Source of the DNA: Spirochaetaceae bacterium
GTDB lineage: Bacteria; Spirochaetota; Spirochaetia; DSM-2461
Assembly: GCA_965224705.1 (NCBI GenBank)
Contig: OZ245056.1
Span: 320,001-384,000 of the forward strand
DNA length: 64,000 bases
Direction: 5' to 3'
In this document: one piece after another, positions 1 through 10,119 of the stretch
Numbering within the stretch: position 1 is the first letter of the stretch
How the letters are laid out: each line of letters starts with the position of its first letter
The notes under the pieces: generated by a model
What the model saw: the letters and a program-made list of their open reading frames with translations, nothing else
Told to the model about the DNA's origin: nothing
Databases searched by the model: none
Translations under genes and position numbers: made by a program

Positions 1-382
1 CAAGTGTATTATTATCTCTTCACCTGAAAAACTGGTACGAACTAAGAGAACACTGGAAGAGCGGTTTTCATCGGACTGCCTGTATGCGACATTTTCAGAT
101 CCCTCCTATCTTGAAATTCTCCCCGGTGGTGTGAATAAGGGCCTTGCATTGCGAAAGGTATGCCGCTACCTTGGAATCTCATCCATGGAAACCATGGCCA
201 TTGGGGATGCCTGGAATGATTTTCCCCTCCTTGAGGCGGCTGGATATTCATGGCTTATGGGTGGCGCAACGCCTGATCTTAAGAAGAAATTCCCCCGGAA
301 CCGCATTCTTCCAACGTCGGATGACGATGGAGCTGCATTGGTTCTGGAAGCTGTGCTGGGAGACAGGGAATACCCGAATTGA
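1..382 (+). CDS. Cof-type HAD-superfamily hydrolase, 5'-truncated by the window edge
   Basis: LEI..GVNKG.AL and motif IV AIGDAWND..LL, followed by DDDGAA at the C-terminus. The frame is open to the window start. Confidence 0.85.
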   Translation, partial: KCIIISSPEKLVRTKRTLEERFSSDCLYATFSDPSYLEILPGGVNKGLALRKVCRYLGISSMETMAIGDAWNDFPLLEAAGYSWLMGGATPDLKKKFPRNRILPTSDDDGAALVLEAVLGDREYPN

Positions 383-1113
383 ATACCTGGCTGGACAGGG
401 TTGATGTGATTCTCTGTCGGCCGGAAGGGGCACTCAATGTGGGAGCCTGCTGCCGGTCTCTTAAAACCATGGGACTGAACAGCCTTGTTCTGATATCCGC
501 ACCAGTATTTGATGTCAGCGAAGTCAGAAAAATGTCACTGCATGCCTGGGATGTTTACCAAAAAGCCCGAAGATTTGAAGCATTGGAAGATGCACTGGCT
601 GATACGGTATTGTCCGCAGGTATCACCAGACGCCGGGGTGTTCGGCGAAAATGGTTCAGTTTGCTTCCGGAGGAACTTGCTTTGCGTGCTTCTTCACTGA
701 AAACGGGAAGAATTGCCCTGGTATTTGGAAACGAAAAAGATGGCTTAAGTGATGAGGAACTGCGTCACTGTAATGTCGCCTGTCATATTCCCGCTTCACC
801 AGACTTTCCCTCTCTTAACCTGTCCCATGCTGTACAGTTAATTTCATCGGCCCTATGGCGTGCGGCCAGCAAAGAAAGAATTGCCCGCTACGAACCCATT
901 TCCCGGACCGAAATAGATGAACTGGTTCAAGTAATCCATGATGCCCTGGAAGGAACGAATTATTTCAAAACCGCAGACAGATTGGATACAGACCGTTATT
1001 TTCGGGATATTCTTACACGGGCAGCCCTGAGTGTACGGGAAGCCAGGCATATGGAAAAAATCTACCGGAAACTTCAGTATCTGATAAAACCATCAAATGA
1101 GGATGAATGCTGA
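379..1113 (+). CDS. trmJ: SPOUT RNA methyltransferase, TrmJ/LasT family
   Basis: L.RP...NVGACCR...MG, IALVFGNEKDGLSDEEL and SLNLSHAVQL motifs, plus a C-terminal helical extension. Confidence 0.85.
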   Translation: MNTWLDRVDVILCRPEGALNVGACCRSLKTMGLNSLVLISAPVFDVSEVRKMSLHAWDVYQKARRFEALEDALADTVLSAGITRRRGVRRKWFSLLPEELALRASSLKTGRIALVFGNEKDGLSDEELRHCNVACHIPASPDFPSLNLSHAVQLISSALWRAASKERIARYEPISRTEIDELVQVIHDALEGTNYFKTADRLDTDRYFRDILTRAALSVREARHMEKIYRKLQYLIKPSNEDEC

Positions 1114-1341
1114 CTCAATAAAAGACACCTTTCAGACATGTCACTGTGTCGCCCAGAACGGTTGCATGATTACTTGAATACCCGTCGGGTTAAATAGGGG
1201 AAGAGAGGAATCCGGGAATGAAGCCTGGCCGTTGCATTCCATCCTATATCAGTGTGTAGAAAGCCGCATTCTTCTTTCCAGTACTTGCAACTCTTGCCAT
1301 CACTCCCCTGAAAATAGTAAAAACTCCTATTGGTGGTTTGA

Positions 1342-2529
1342 GTGAGCCTGCAGAATAATAAGTTTTCTTTCAATGTTATGGACAGTATTCACAGGGTCGA
1401 TGCCAGTCAATGGAATCTCTTTGCACAGCGGGAGGAGTATTCTCCCTTTCTTGAGTATGAGTTCCTTGCAGCATTGGAGTCTGCTGGATGTGCATCCCCG
1501 ACAACGGGATGGTATCCCGCTCATTTCATATTGAATGCAGGAGAACGCATCATCGGCATTGCCCCTGCCTACATTAAAACGCACAGCATGGGTGAATTCA
1601 TATTCGACCAGGGACTGGCTCATGCTTTGATGAACATGGGGAAGAAATATTACCCGAAGCTTGTGGGCACATTGCCCTTCACTCCTTCTCCAGGATATAG
1701 ATTTCTCGTTGATCCCGACCATGATGAAACCGTTGTGACTCAAGCCCTTCTGGAAGGTATGTCTGCGTATTGCGACCGAATGGAACTGGCCTCTCACTCC
1801 CTCCTGTTTCTTGACCCGGACTGGAAAGCTTTCAACTCCAGCCCGTCGAAAAACAGCTTCTCGTCATGGGAGCATCAGTATTATTTGTGGGAAAACAGGT
1901 CCTATACAGCTTTTTATGATTATCTTGACAGGTTTAATAAGAATCAGCGGCGAAACATCAGAAGGGAACGTGATTCCGTTAAATCTCAGGGAATTGAAGT
2001 CAAATGTTTCTCAGGAAAGGATGTAACGGAATCGATTATGGATAAAATGTTTGATTTCTACCAGGCAACTAACGAAAAATTTGGTATGTGGGCCGCTTTT
2101 TTTCTGAACCGTCAGTGCTTTCACGATCTGGGACGAAACTGGGGACATCGACTCATTATTTTTGCAGCCTTTCACGCCCGGTCAGACGAACCTGTTGCCA
2201 TGAGCTTGCTGGTCAACAAAGATAAACATCTTATTGGTCGATACTGGGGGGCATCGGAATTTATCCAGAATCTCCATTTTGAGTTGTGCTACTATTCCCC
2301 CCTGGAATACGCAATCCAGAATGATATCAAGTTTTTCGACCCAGGAATGGGGTCAACACACAAAACCCGGCGAGGATTTGGCAGCCGGCATTTTCTAAGC
2401 TGTCACTTATTCTCAGACATGGAAATCAATCAGCTATTTAAAATTCTGCTTCATGAAGCAAATCGCTGTGAGCACGAGAACATTGAAAAACTCAATGAAT
2501 CAGTTCCATGGAGTAAAAGCCAGAAATGA
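1342..2529 (+). CDS. FemAB-like/GNAT-fold protein (DUF482 type)
   Basis: PFL.YEFL.ALE.AGC, K.HS.GEFIFD, YYPKLV...PFTP..G.R, GRYWG and LHFELCYY motifs. Confidence 0.85.
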   Translation: MSLQNNKFSFNVMDSIHRVDASQWNLFAQREEYSPFLEYEFLAALESAGCASPTTGWYPAHFILNAGERIIGIAPAYIKTHSMGEFIFDQGLAHALMNMGKKYYPKLVGTLPFTPSPGYRFLVDPDHDETVVTQALLEGMSAYCDRMELASHSLLFLDPDWKAFNSSPSKNSFSSWEHQYYLWENRSYTAFYDYLDRFNKNQRRNIRRERDSVKSQGIEVKCFSGKDVTESIMDKMFDFYQATNEKFGMWAAFFLNRQCFHDLGRNWGHRLIIFAAFHARSDEPVAMSLLVNKDKHLIGRYWGASEFIQNLHFELCYYSPLEYAIQNDIKFFDPGMGSTHKTRRGFGSRHFLSCHLFSDMEINQLFKILLHEANRCEHENIEKLNESVPWSKSQK

Positions 2530-3329
2530 AAGACTATTATGCCATCCTTAAACTCCAGCCTGACTGCACAAAAGCCGATATCCGCCGTGCATACAGAGTC
2601 CAGGCTAAGGCACTCCATCCGGATTTTGCTGGAGAAAAAGGAACGGCCCGGTTTCTGACACTCAAGGAAGCCTATGAGGTTTTGATATCATCAGCAACAC
2701 GGAATCACTATGATGCGACTCGCAGAACCCGGGCCCGCACTCGAACATCCGCCAATTGGAATTATCGTGACTTTCTCAAGCAGGATATGGACGATCCAGA
2801 CAACATTGCCAGGCTTATTTGTTTCGACCTTCTCCATGACGAAGATGATGAAGCTGTAGAACTCTATGAAAATGCTCATTACGGGGGAATTTTTTCGCTG
2901 AGAGATCATACTGACAGAGAAGATTTCATGGACTTCGGTTTCCTGCTGGCCGAAGCTTATCTGAAGCGGGAGGCTGTTGTTAAAGCATTCAGACTGCTTC
3001 GGGGCCTTGCTGCGCTGGAGGAGGAAGATCCATATTTCAAACATTTTTACGTAGAAGTCCTCAACAGGCTATCCTCCATTGTCAGACATTCAATACCGGA
3101 GGATACGGACAACAGATTAAGGATTGAATTCCTGAAAGAAATTGTTCAACTCTCTTACCCAAAAAAAGAAGAAGCGCAGCTCAGGAAACTCCTCTCAGAA
3201 ATTCTCAGTGCTTCGGGACAATATGAACTGGCAGCCAAAGAAATTCTGCATGCCTGTGAATTGGACCCAAAACTACCAGGCCTCAGGGAAACTGTGGAAG
3301 TTCTGAAGAGTATTGGATTTCCTACATGA
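2526..3329 (+). CDS. J-domain (DnaJ-like) protein with helical/TPR-like C-terminus
   Basis: DYYAIL...IRRAYR...HPD...EAYEVL. Its start overlaps the upstream stop (ATGA). Confidence 0.8.
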   Translation: MKDYYAILKLQPDCTKADIRRAYRVQAKALHPDFAGEKGTARFLTLKEAYEVLISSATRNHYDATRRTRARTRTSANWNYRDFLKQDMDDPDNIARLICFDLLHDEDDEAVELYENAHYGGIFSLRDHTDREDFMDFGFLLAEAYLKREAVVKAFRLLRGLAALEEEDPYFKHFYVEVLNRLSSIVRHSIPEDTDNRLRIEFLKEIVQLSYPKKEEAQLRKLLSEILSASGQYELAAKEILHACELDPKLPGLRETVEVLKSIGFPT

Positions 3330-3816
3330 ATCTGGAGTCAGTTCTTTCCCAGCCATGTGCGAAGTCATCCCTGGAGAACCAGATATCCAGTTCCTTCTCT
3401 GCACTCTCCAGTGAATCTGAGGCGTGGATAAGATTTGGGATTACTCCAAGCCGTTCCTTACTCCGATCATATCCCATGTGGCAGTAATCACCGCGTATGC
3501 TTCCTGGAGCCGCCTCTCTTGGTTCCGTCGATCCGACAGCTTTGCGAACAACTTCTATGGAATGAGCTCCTTCCACCGCCATCAGAACTATTGGTCCTGA
3601 AGTGAGTAAGGACAGCAGTGGTTCATAGTACGGTTTTCCTTGATGGCTTTCATAATGCCTTTCCGCATCTTCACGAGTTGCATTCCGCATCTTCAGAGCA
3701 GTAATGGTTAATCCAATTTTTTCAAAACGAGCAATTATTGTACCGGTGAGAGCTCTTTGTACAGCATCAGGTTTGAGTAGAATGAGTGTTCTTTCCCATG
3801 TATTATTTGTTTTCAT
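3322..3816 (-). CDS. ndk: Nucleoside diphosphate kinase
   Basis: ERTLILLKPDAVQR, PGSIRGD and catalytic N.IHASDS motifs. Confidence 0.95.
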   Translation of the reverse strand: MKTNNTWERTLILLKPDAVQRALTGTIIARFEKIGLTITALKMRNATREDAERHYESHQGKPYYEPLLSLLTSGPIVLMAVEGAHSIEVVRKAVGSTEPREAAPGSIRGDYCHMGYDRSKERLGVIPNLIHASDSLESAEKELDIWFSRDDFAHGWERTDSRFM

Positions 3817-3985
3817 ATCTCAAGTCTATCATCTTACTGTGAATGATTCATCAACATAATCAGATTTTAGATGCCAAATCACCTCCCCTCATCAACTGCC
3901 ATAATCGAACTTCTTTTTCTTGACCCAATCATGCCTCTGGATTCAGAATGACTTCAAATAATATTAATAGAAAAGGAGTATTTTA

Positions 3986-5359
3986 ATGGAAAGTACGGCG
4001 TTGGGCTTTAGAGCCCGAGTACAGCGCTTCGGTCGTTTTCTAAGCGGAATGGTAATGCCCAACATAGGCGCATTCTTAGCATGGGGACTCATTACTGCCC
4101 TGTTCATCCCGACTGGATGGATTCCCAGTGAAAGATTCGCAGCTCTTGTAGGACCCATGATTGTTAATCTGCTTCCCCTGCTGATTGCTTTTACAGGCGG
4201 TCGCATGGTGTGGGGAATCAGAGGTGGTGTTGTTGGTGCAATTGCGGCTATGGGTGTGATTGTCGGTGCCGAAATACCCATGTTCCTGGGTGCCATGCTG
4301 ATGGGCCCCATTGGCGGCTGGGTTATTAAGAAGTTTGATCAATTCGTAGAACCACACACTCCTGTTGGGTTTGAAATGCTTATAAACAACTTTTCTGCTG
4401 GTATTTTAGGGGGTGTTTTAGCTGTTGTGGCCCTTGTAACCATTAATCCTCTGGTTACTGCTGTTACAGGAGTTTTGCAGGCCGGAGTTGGCTTCTTTGT
4501 CAACAAAGGCTTGCTCCCCCTTACTTCCATATTTATAGAGCCTGGAAAAATTCTCTTTCTTAACAATGCTATCAACCATGGAATTCTGGGGCCGCTTGGT
4601 ATTGCTCAAGTGCAGGAGGCCGGTAAATCCATACTCTTCCTGCTTGAAACCAATCCCGGCCCTGGTCTGGGGATCCTTCTTGCATACTTCTTTGCTGGGA
4701 AAGGAACTGTGAAAGATTCAACTCCTGGTTCCATTATAATCCATTTCTTTGGCGGTATCCACGAGATTTACTTCCCCTATGTTCTTATGAATCCTGCACT
4801 TGTTCTTGCAGTCATTGCCGGTGGTGCATCCGGTGTTCTTACCTTTGGCATCTTCAAGGCTGCAGCAGTAGCCACTCCTTCTCCCGGAAGTATACTTGCC
4901 CTGATGGCCGTTGCTCCCAAGGGGGGGCATATTGGTATTCTGCTTGGCATCGCTGTTGCGACCGCTGTTAGTTTCATTGTTGCCGTGCCTCTGGTCCGCC
5001 GATTCAATAAACGAAGCCTTGAAGGTGATGATCAGCTTGAAACGGCAAAGAAGCAGATGCAGGACATGAAAAACCTGGGTAAAGTAACCAAAATTATCTT
5101 TGCCTGCGATGCCGGCATGGGTTCCAGTGCCATGGGTGCCAACAGATTGAAGAAAAAACTCAAGGCAGCCGGTGCGGATGTTATCGTGGAACATGCTCCT
5201 GTCGACGATATCCCCTCAGATGCACAATTGGTTATTTCTCATGTTAATCTGACAGAACGGGCTAAAGCTGTTGCTCCGAATGCCCGGCATTTCAGTATTA
5301 CCAATTTTGTCAATGCTCCTGAGTATGATATCATTGTCAAGGAATTGACAGGAAAGTAG
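3986..5359 (+). CDS. mtlA: PTS mannitol transporter EIICB
   Basis: VQRFGRFLSGMVMPNIGAF, FLNNAINHG, HFFGGIHEIYFPY and EIIB ACDAGMGSSAMGA motifs. Confidence 0.95.
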   Translation: MESTALGFRARVQRFGRFLSGMVMPNIGAFLAWGLITALFIPTGWIPSERFAALVGPMIVNLLPLLIAFTGGRMVWGIRGGVVGAIAAMGVIVGAEIPMFLGAMLMGPIGGWVIKKFDQFVEPHTPVGFEMLINNFSAGILGGVLAVVALVTINPLVTAVTGVLQAGVGFFVNKGLLPLTSIFIEPGKILFLNNAINHGILGPLGIAQVQEAGKSILFLLETNPGPGLGILLAYFFAGKGTVKDSTPGSIIIHFFGGIHEIYFPYVLMNPALVLAVIAGGASGVLTFGIFKAAAVATPSPGSILALMAVAPKGGHIGILLGIAVATAVSFIVAVPLVRRFNKRSLEGDDQLETAKKQMQDMKNLGKVTKIIFACDAGMGSSAMGANRLKKKLKAAGADVIVEHAPVDDIPSDAQLVISHVNLTERAKAVAPNARHFSITNFVNAPEYDIIVKELTGK

Positions 5360-5365
5360 AGAATA

Positions 5366-5471
5366 AGGGTGTAAGATTTTTCTGTACTTCTTCATCCAGA
5401 ATCCCTTACACCCTGAGCTTGACCGCCCTCGGTACGGTACCGAGGGCAAAACCTGACAGCACCGGTGTCAG
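5366..5471. other. Intergenic cluster of three inverted repeats between mtlA and the EIIA gene
   Basis: AGGGTGTAAG (5366-5375) pairs with CTTACACCCT (5405-5414). GCCCTCGGTAC-G-GTACCGAGGGC spans 5425-5447. CTGACA-N7-TGTCAG spans 5453-5471. Confidence 0.6.
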
Positions 5472-5511
5472 TAGTGGAATTCGATTAAATAGAAAGCAAG
5501 GAGAGTGATCT

Positions 5512-5997
5512 ATGGCAAATTTCGTGGACAGATTGATTACAAGCGGTACAATCGCAGTGGGTAAAGAAGTCCGGGACTGGGAAGATGCGGTTCGAACAGG
5601 TGGGCTGATGATGGTCAACGCAGGCATGGTTAACAACAACTATGTCGAGGCAATAATCGCGAACCACAAAGAGATTGGCCCGTATTTTGTCATTGCACCG
5701 GGCATAGCCATGCCGCATGCCAAACCTGAAAACGGAGTTTTAAAGACAGGCTATGCGTTGATTACACTTAAAAAACCTGTTTTGTTCGGTGATAAGGAAA
5801 ATGATCCTGTTGACATTCTTATTTTTGCCGGAGCCATCAACAGGGAAGAGCACAATCAGGAAGTCATCCCTCAGGTTGCCGAACTCTGTGACAGTGAGAA
5901 ATACATTGATGCCCTGAGGAAAGCTGACAGTAAATCAGGTGTCGAGAAAGTTTTAAAGGAATTTGCCGCAGAGTTGGAATCTGGAGAACTGGATTAG
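5512..5997 (+). CDS. PTS EIIA component (Fru/Mtl family)
   Basis: GPYFVIAPGIAMPHA phospho-His motif. It lies in the mannitol operon. Confidence 0.9.
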   Translation: MANFVDRLITSGTIAVGKEVRDWEDAVRTGGLMMVNAGMVNNNYVEAIIANHKEIGPYFVIAPGIAMPHAKPENGVLKTGYALITLKKPVLFGDKENDPVDILIFAGAINREEHNQEVIPQVAELCDSEKYIDALRKADSKSGVEKVLKEFAAELESGELD

Positions 5998-6047
5998 ATG
6001 CCATCCGTTGGGAAAAACTTGGAAAGCCGCTGGTAAGGAGGTAATGA

Positions 6048-6305
6048 ATGATAGGAAAAGCTGTGGAAGTAACAAATGAGGAAGGTTTGCATATCAGACC
6101 TGCCAACAGTTTTGTAAAGATGGTTCGGGAGTTTGAATCAGATGTGAAGATTAGAAAAAATGATGCGGAAGTATCAGGAAGCAGTCTTCTGAAAATCATG
6201 AAACTGGGCATTGTCAAAGGTGATACTGTTACGCTTATCTGCGATGGTCCGGATGAAGAAAAAGCTTTTGAAGCTCTTTCGGCATTGATTCGGCCAGAGG
6301 TATAA
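6048..6305 (+). CDS. ptsH: Phosphocarrier protein HPr
   Basis: GLHIRPA (His15), 85 aa, AAGGAGG RBS. Confidence 0.92.
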   Translation: MIGKAVEVTNEEGLHIRPANSFVKMVREFESDVKIRKNDAEVSGSSLLKIMKLGIVKGDTVTLICDGPDEEKAFEALSALIRPEV

Positions 6306-6310
6306 TTCTC

Positions 6311-8062
6311 ATGTTCAAGGGTGTACCATCATCACCGGGAATCGGTATTGGAACGGTATTTGTTCCTCATGAGAATAAAATTCCTCTGGATTTTCCTGGA
6401 ACTGATTGGAGCAGTGAAAAAGATGGAGAAAAGGTCGATAAAAGCAAGGTTGTGGAAGCTGAAATGCAGCGCTTCAGTCGCGGCCAAAAAGTTGCAATCA
6501 CTCATTACGAATCTCTGATTGAACGAGTCCGCAAAAATATCGGAGAAGATGAGGCCGAAATTTTCGAGGGACATCTGGAAATTCTTCAAGGTGAAGATAT
6601 TTCAGAGTACGTTGAAGAGACTATCTCCAATTCTGGAGCAAGTGCCGAACAGGCTGCAATAGATTTTACGGAAGCAACGGCCAGGGATCTGGAGGAAATG
6701 GAATCTTCATACTTTCAGCAGAGAGCTGGTGATATCAGAGATATAGGACGCCAGCTCGTTGAAGCAATTTACTATGGGTCCATAACAATTCCCGGGGAAC
6801 TGCCTGATGAAAGTGTCGTGGTTGCTGAGGAACTCACACCGTCAGCGACTGCCCGATTGAATGTTGACAAAGTTGTTGGGATTGCAACCGAAAAGGGGGG
6901 GAGAACTTCCCATGCGGCAATTCTGGCCCGTTCCCTCTCCATCCCCTGTGTTACAGGAGTTAAAGGTCTTCTGGACGCTGTTCACAGCGGGATGCCCATC
7001 ATTGTCAATGGTGATGAAGGGACGGTTGATATTGATTTAACACAGGAGAAGCTTGATGCAACAGCAAAGCGTATTGATGCTGTCCATGAGCAGGCTGATC
7101 GCCGGCGGTCCTGGTCTCTGAAGAAGGTTTCGGAATGGGCCGATGGCCGAAAATACAATCTCTTTGCCAATATCAGCGGTGCGGCCGAGGCCGTGAATGC
7201 CCGGGCTATCGGGGCGGAAGGAGTAGGCCTCTTCCGGACAGAGTTCTTATTCATGCGGTTTCCTGACTTCCCTTCTGTAGATTTGCAGGCCGAAGAATAC
7301 CGTGCGGTATGCAGAGCCATGGCACCATCACCTGTTATCGTTCGCCTCCTTGATTGCGGAGCGGATAAACCGCTTCCCTATGCCTGGCATCAGGAAGAGG
7401 ATAATCCCTTTCTTGGCGAAAGAGGAATTCGCTTCCTCATGAACCGGGAAAAAAGACTCAAGGCACAAATTGAAGCCATTGCTAGAGTTTATTCTGAGGG
7501 TTGTGCCATCAAGATTATGATTCCCATGGTCATTTCCGCCAGTGAGATAGAAGCTGTTCGCAGCTTTGTACCCCGGGATGCTTCCGATCTTCCGGTAGGG
7601 ATAATGGTAGAAACACCAGCGGCTGTATTGACAATTGACAGTCTGGCCCGGATCTCCGACTTCATCAGTGTCGGTACAAATGATCTTGTACAGTACCTTC
7701 TGACAGTGGACAGGGGCAATCCTGGTGTCGCTTCCTACTATCAGGAGTTTCACCCGGCAGTGATCACGGCCCTGGATCGTATCGTTTCAGGAGCTCATTC
7801 GGCGGGAATCCATGTTGGAGTGTGCGGCGATACGGCCAGCTATCCAGATACAGCTCTCGCATTGATGGCTCTTGGAGTGGATGAAATAAGTGCCAGTGTC
7901 AATGCCATACCGGAACTCAAAGCGTGTTTTTCATGTTTTACCCGTGAGGATCTGTATGCACTTGGAGAAAAACTCAGAGGATCTCCCAATGCTGAAAGTG
8001 CTCGATCAGAAGTGCAGGATCTTATCAAGGACATTCCCCAGGCACCCTGGGACAGCCCTTAA
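6311..8062 (+). CDS. ptsI: PTS enzyme I (PEP-protein phosphotransferase)
   Basis: GGRTSHAAILARS, GVGLFRTEFLF, EEDNPFLGERGIR and DFISVGTNDLVQY motifs. Confidence 0.95.
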   Translation: MFKGVPSSPGIGIGTVFVPHENKIPLDFPGTDWSSEKDGEKVDKSKVVEAEMQRFSRGQKVAITHYESLIERVRKNIGEDEAEIFEGHLEILQGEDISEYVEETISNSGASAEQAAIDFTEATARDLEEMESSYFQQRAGDIRDIGRQLVEAIYYGSITIPGELPDESVVVAEELTPSATARLNVDKVVGIATEKGGRTSHAAILARSLSIPCVTGVKGLLDAVHSGMPIIVNGDEGTVDIDLTQEKLDATAKRIDAVHEQADRRRSWSLKKVSEWADGRKYNLFANISGAAEAVNARAIGAEGVGLFRTEFLFMRFPDFPSVDLQAEEYRAVCRAMAPSPVIVRLLDCGADKPLPYAWHQEEDNPFLGERGIRFLMNREKRLKAQIEAIARVYSEGCAIKIMIPMVISASEIEAVRSFVPRDASDLPVGIMVETPAAVLTIDSLARISDFISVGTNDLVQYLLTVDRGNPGVASYYQEFHPAVITALDRIVSGAHSAGIHVGVCGDTASYPDTALALMALGVDEISASVNAIPELKACFSCFTREDLYALGEKLRGSPNAESARSEVQDLIKDIPQAPWDSP

Positions 8063-8067
8063 GGATA

Positions 8068-10119
8068 ATGAACACCCGCAATAAGACCATCCTTCATCTG
8101 CTGTCTGAGAATCAATCTCAGTACACAACGATTGATCAGATTGCGGAGGTAACCGGTGTGGGAACCAGAACAATACACAGGGATTTGACAGGTCTGGAAA
8201 GAAGTCTTGGGTTCAGGGGATTAAGACTTGAGCGGCGCCGGGGCTATGGAATTCGTCTCATTGATCCCCTTCCGGACAACCTTGCAGAAGACTTGATCCC
8301 GGCAGGAACATCATCTTACCTTAAGAATGATCAGCGTCCAATGCTGATACTTCTCTATTTGATCGTTTCAGGAGACTGGATAAAGCTTTCCGAACTTGCC
8401 CATGTGCTTTTTGTCAGTGACTCTACAATCAGTTCCGATGTCAATTCCCTGGAATCCCTGCTGCCTGATGGATTTGTGATAAACAGGCAAAAAGGAATCG
8501 GTATCCGTCTGATTGCCCGGGAAGATATCACCCGACTCCTCTTTTTATCCGCATTCCCTGTGGTGTTCCCCCATCATGTTATTTTTGGAGAGTCCGACAG
8601 TTCCATGGGTGAGGGACGATTGATCACAGCTTTCAAAGTTCGACATGGAAAAGAACGAATCAGGGACAGAATCAAGAGAACGGAATCCATTCTGGGTTAT
8701 CAATTCTCTCCATCGTATCAATGTCTGCTGTACAGCTATCTCTATCTGCTTTCAAGACGCCTGCCATTCGGTTGTTTTATCAAGGACAGAGTGAAATCCA
8801 ATCTTGATATTCCAGACCCCTTCAGAAAGGCTGCGAAGGCAATGATGGAAACAGACCTGACAGAGTACAGTCACTCTCCAGCAGTGGTATCCGCAGAACT
8901 CGAAGTGCTCGCCCGAATTATTGCATCGTGTGAAACATCCATTCCTCCAACCTCTTCCGTCGATGAATTCATGGGAAACCTGAAAACATCTATTGAAACG
9001 ATGCTTGAGAAATCTTTAAACAGACTGGAAGAGAAGGAAAAAATCTGGCTCCATGATGACAGGATCCTTCTTAATTATCTGCGAATGACCATTACTGCAG
9101 CCGCCTGCCGGATAGATCTTGGATTGTCATTCTGGAAAAAATCAGGGCTTGTCACTTATCCCCGTATTGTAGACTTACCGGAAGCCGATGTACTGACAGA
9201 CCAGTTTCTGACCGAGTTCGGCCGAATTCTTAATGAACCCGAACCAGAAATAGTCCGGCGGGAACTTCAAGAGGCATCTCTGGCTCTAGCAGCTCGCCTG
9301 GAAACCATCCGATCCCGGAGTTCCGGAGAACTCAGAGTTGGAATTTTTTGTTATGAGGGACTTGGCATGTCCAGCTACATACTTTCAATTGCCAGAGATG
9401 TTTTTCCTGCTGGAACCGTGTTCAAGACCATGTGGGAGCCTGATCTGGATGATAATCTGAAATCTGATGGATATCATCTTGTGATTTCCACCCATCCCCT
9501 CCATTCCTGGAAAACCCGGCAACTGATACTGAACGGAGATAACTCTCCAGAGGAAATCCGGCGGCAGCTCAAAGAATTTGTCCGGGAAATGGATTTTCAA
9601 CCGGCTGTTTTAAACAGAGATCGCAAAAAAACGGAGCTGTCTGGAAACATCCGCTCCCTATCGTCTGGTGATGAGAAATACTCGCTGAAGGATGTGATCT
9701 CTGTTATCAGCGGATTTTTTGTTGAGCTGGAGGTTCCGGGAGGAAATCTTATTTCCCAGGCCGCCTCAGCTCTGGACAATGGTGACTGTGATATCGAAAC
9801 ACTGATTCATGATTTTGATCGCCGGGAATCATTCGGGAGTCTGAAGTTTGAAGAGTTGAACATACGAATTCTTCACTGCCGGTCCAGAGGAATCCCGGAG
9901 CCCAGGGCTGGAGTGATTCAAACAGAGGGAAACGATAGTACAGTTCTTGTTATCGCAGCACCTCTTACCGCTGAACAGGCCCAGACTCATGCACTTTCTG
10001 AAATAGTTATCGCATTGACAGATAGTCCCGATTTCGCGGAGATCCTGGCAGGAGGGAGTAAATCGGATATTCAATCTCATCTGCTTACAATCTTTGGCCG
10101 GAAGAATAAGGAGGTTTAA
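8068..10119 (+). CDS. MtlR/BglG-like PRD-type transcriptional regulator (HTH, divergent PRD region, EIIB-like and EIIA-like domains)
   Basis: Two N-terminal HTH motifs (IAEVTGVGTRTIHRDL and LAHVLFVSDSTISSD), a CYEGLGMS EIIB-like loop and a C-terminal RE..GS...HCR segment. Operon context agrees. Confidence 0.75.
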   Translation: MNTRNKTILHLLSENQSQYTTIDQIAEVTGVGTRTIHRDLTGLERSLGFRGLRLERRRGYGIRLIDPLPDNLAEDLIPAGTSSYLKNDQRPMLILLYLIVSGDWIKLSELAHVLFVSDSTISSDVNSLESLLPDGFVINRQKGIGIRLIAREDITRLLFLSAFPVVFPHHVIFGESDSSMGEGRLITAFKVRHGKERIRDRIKRTESILGYQFSPSYQCLLYSYLYLLSRRLPFGCFIKDRVKSNLDIPDPFRKAAKAMMETDLTEYSHSPAVVSAELEVLARIIASCETSIPPTSSVDEFMGNLKTSIETMLEKSLNRLEEKEKIWLHDDRILLNYLRMTITAAACRIDLGLSFWKKSGLVTYPRIVDLPEADVLTDQFLTEFGRILNEPEPEIVRRELQEASLALAARLETIRSRSSGELRVGIFCYEGLGMSSYILSIARDVFPAGTVFKTMWEPDLDDNLKSDGYHLVISTHPLHSWKTRQLILNGDNSPEEIRRQLKEFVREMDFQPAVLNRDRKKTELSGNIRSLSSGDEKYSLKDVISVISGFFVELEVPGGNLISQAASALDNGDCDIETLIHDFDRRESFGSLKFEELNIRILHCRSRGIPEPRAGVIQTEGNDSTVLVIAAPLTAEQAQTHALSEIVIALTDSPDFAEILAGGSKSDIQSHLLTIFGRKNKEV

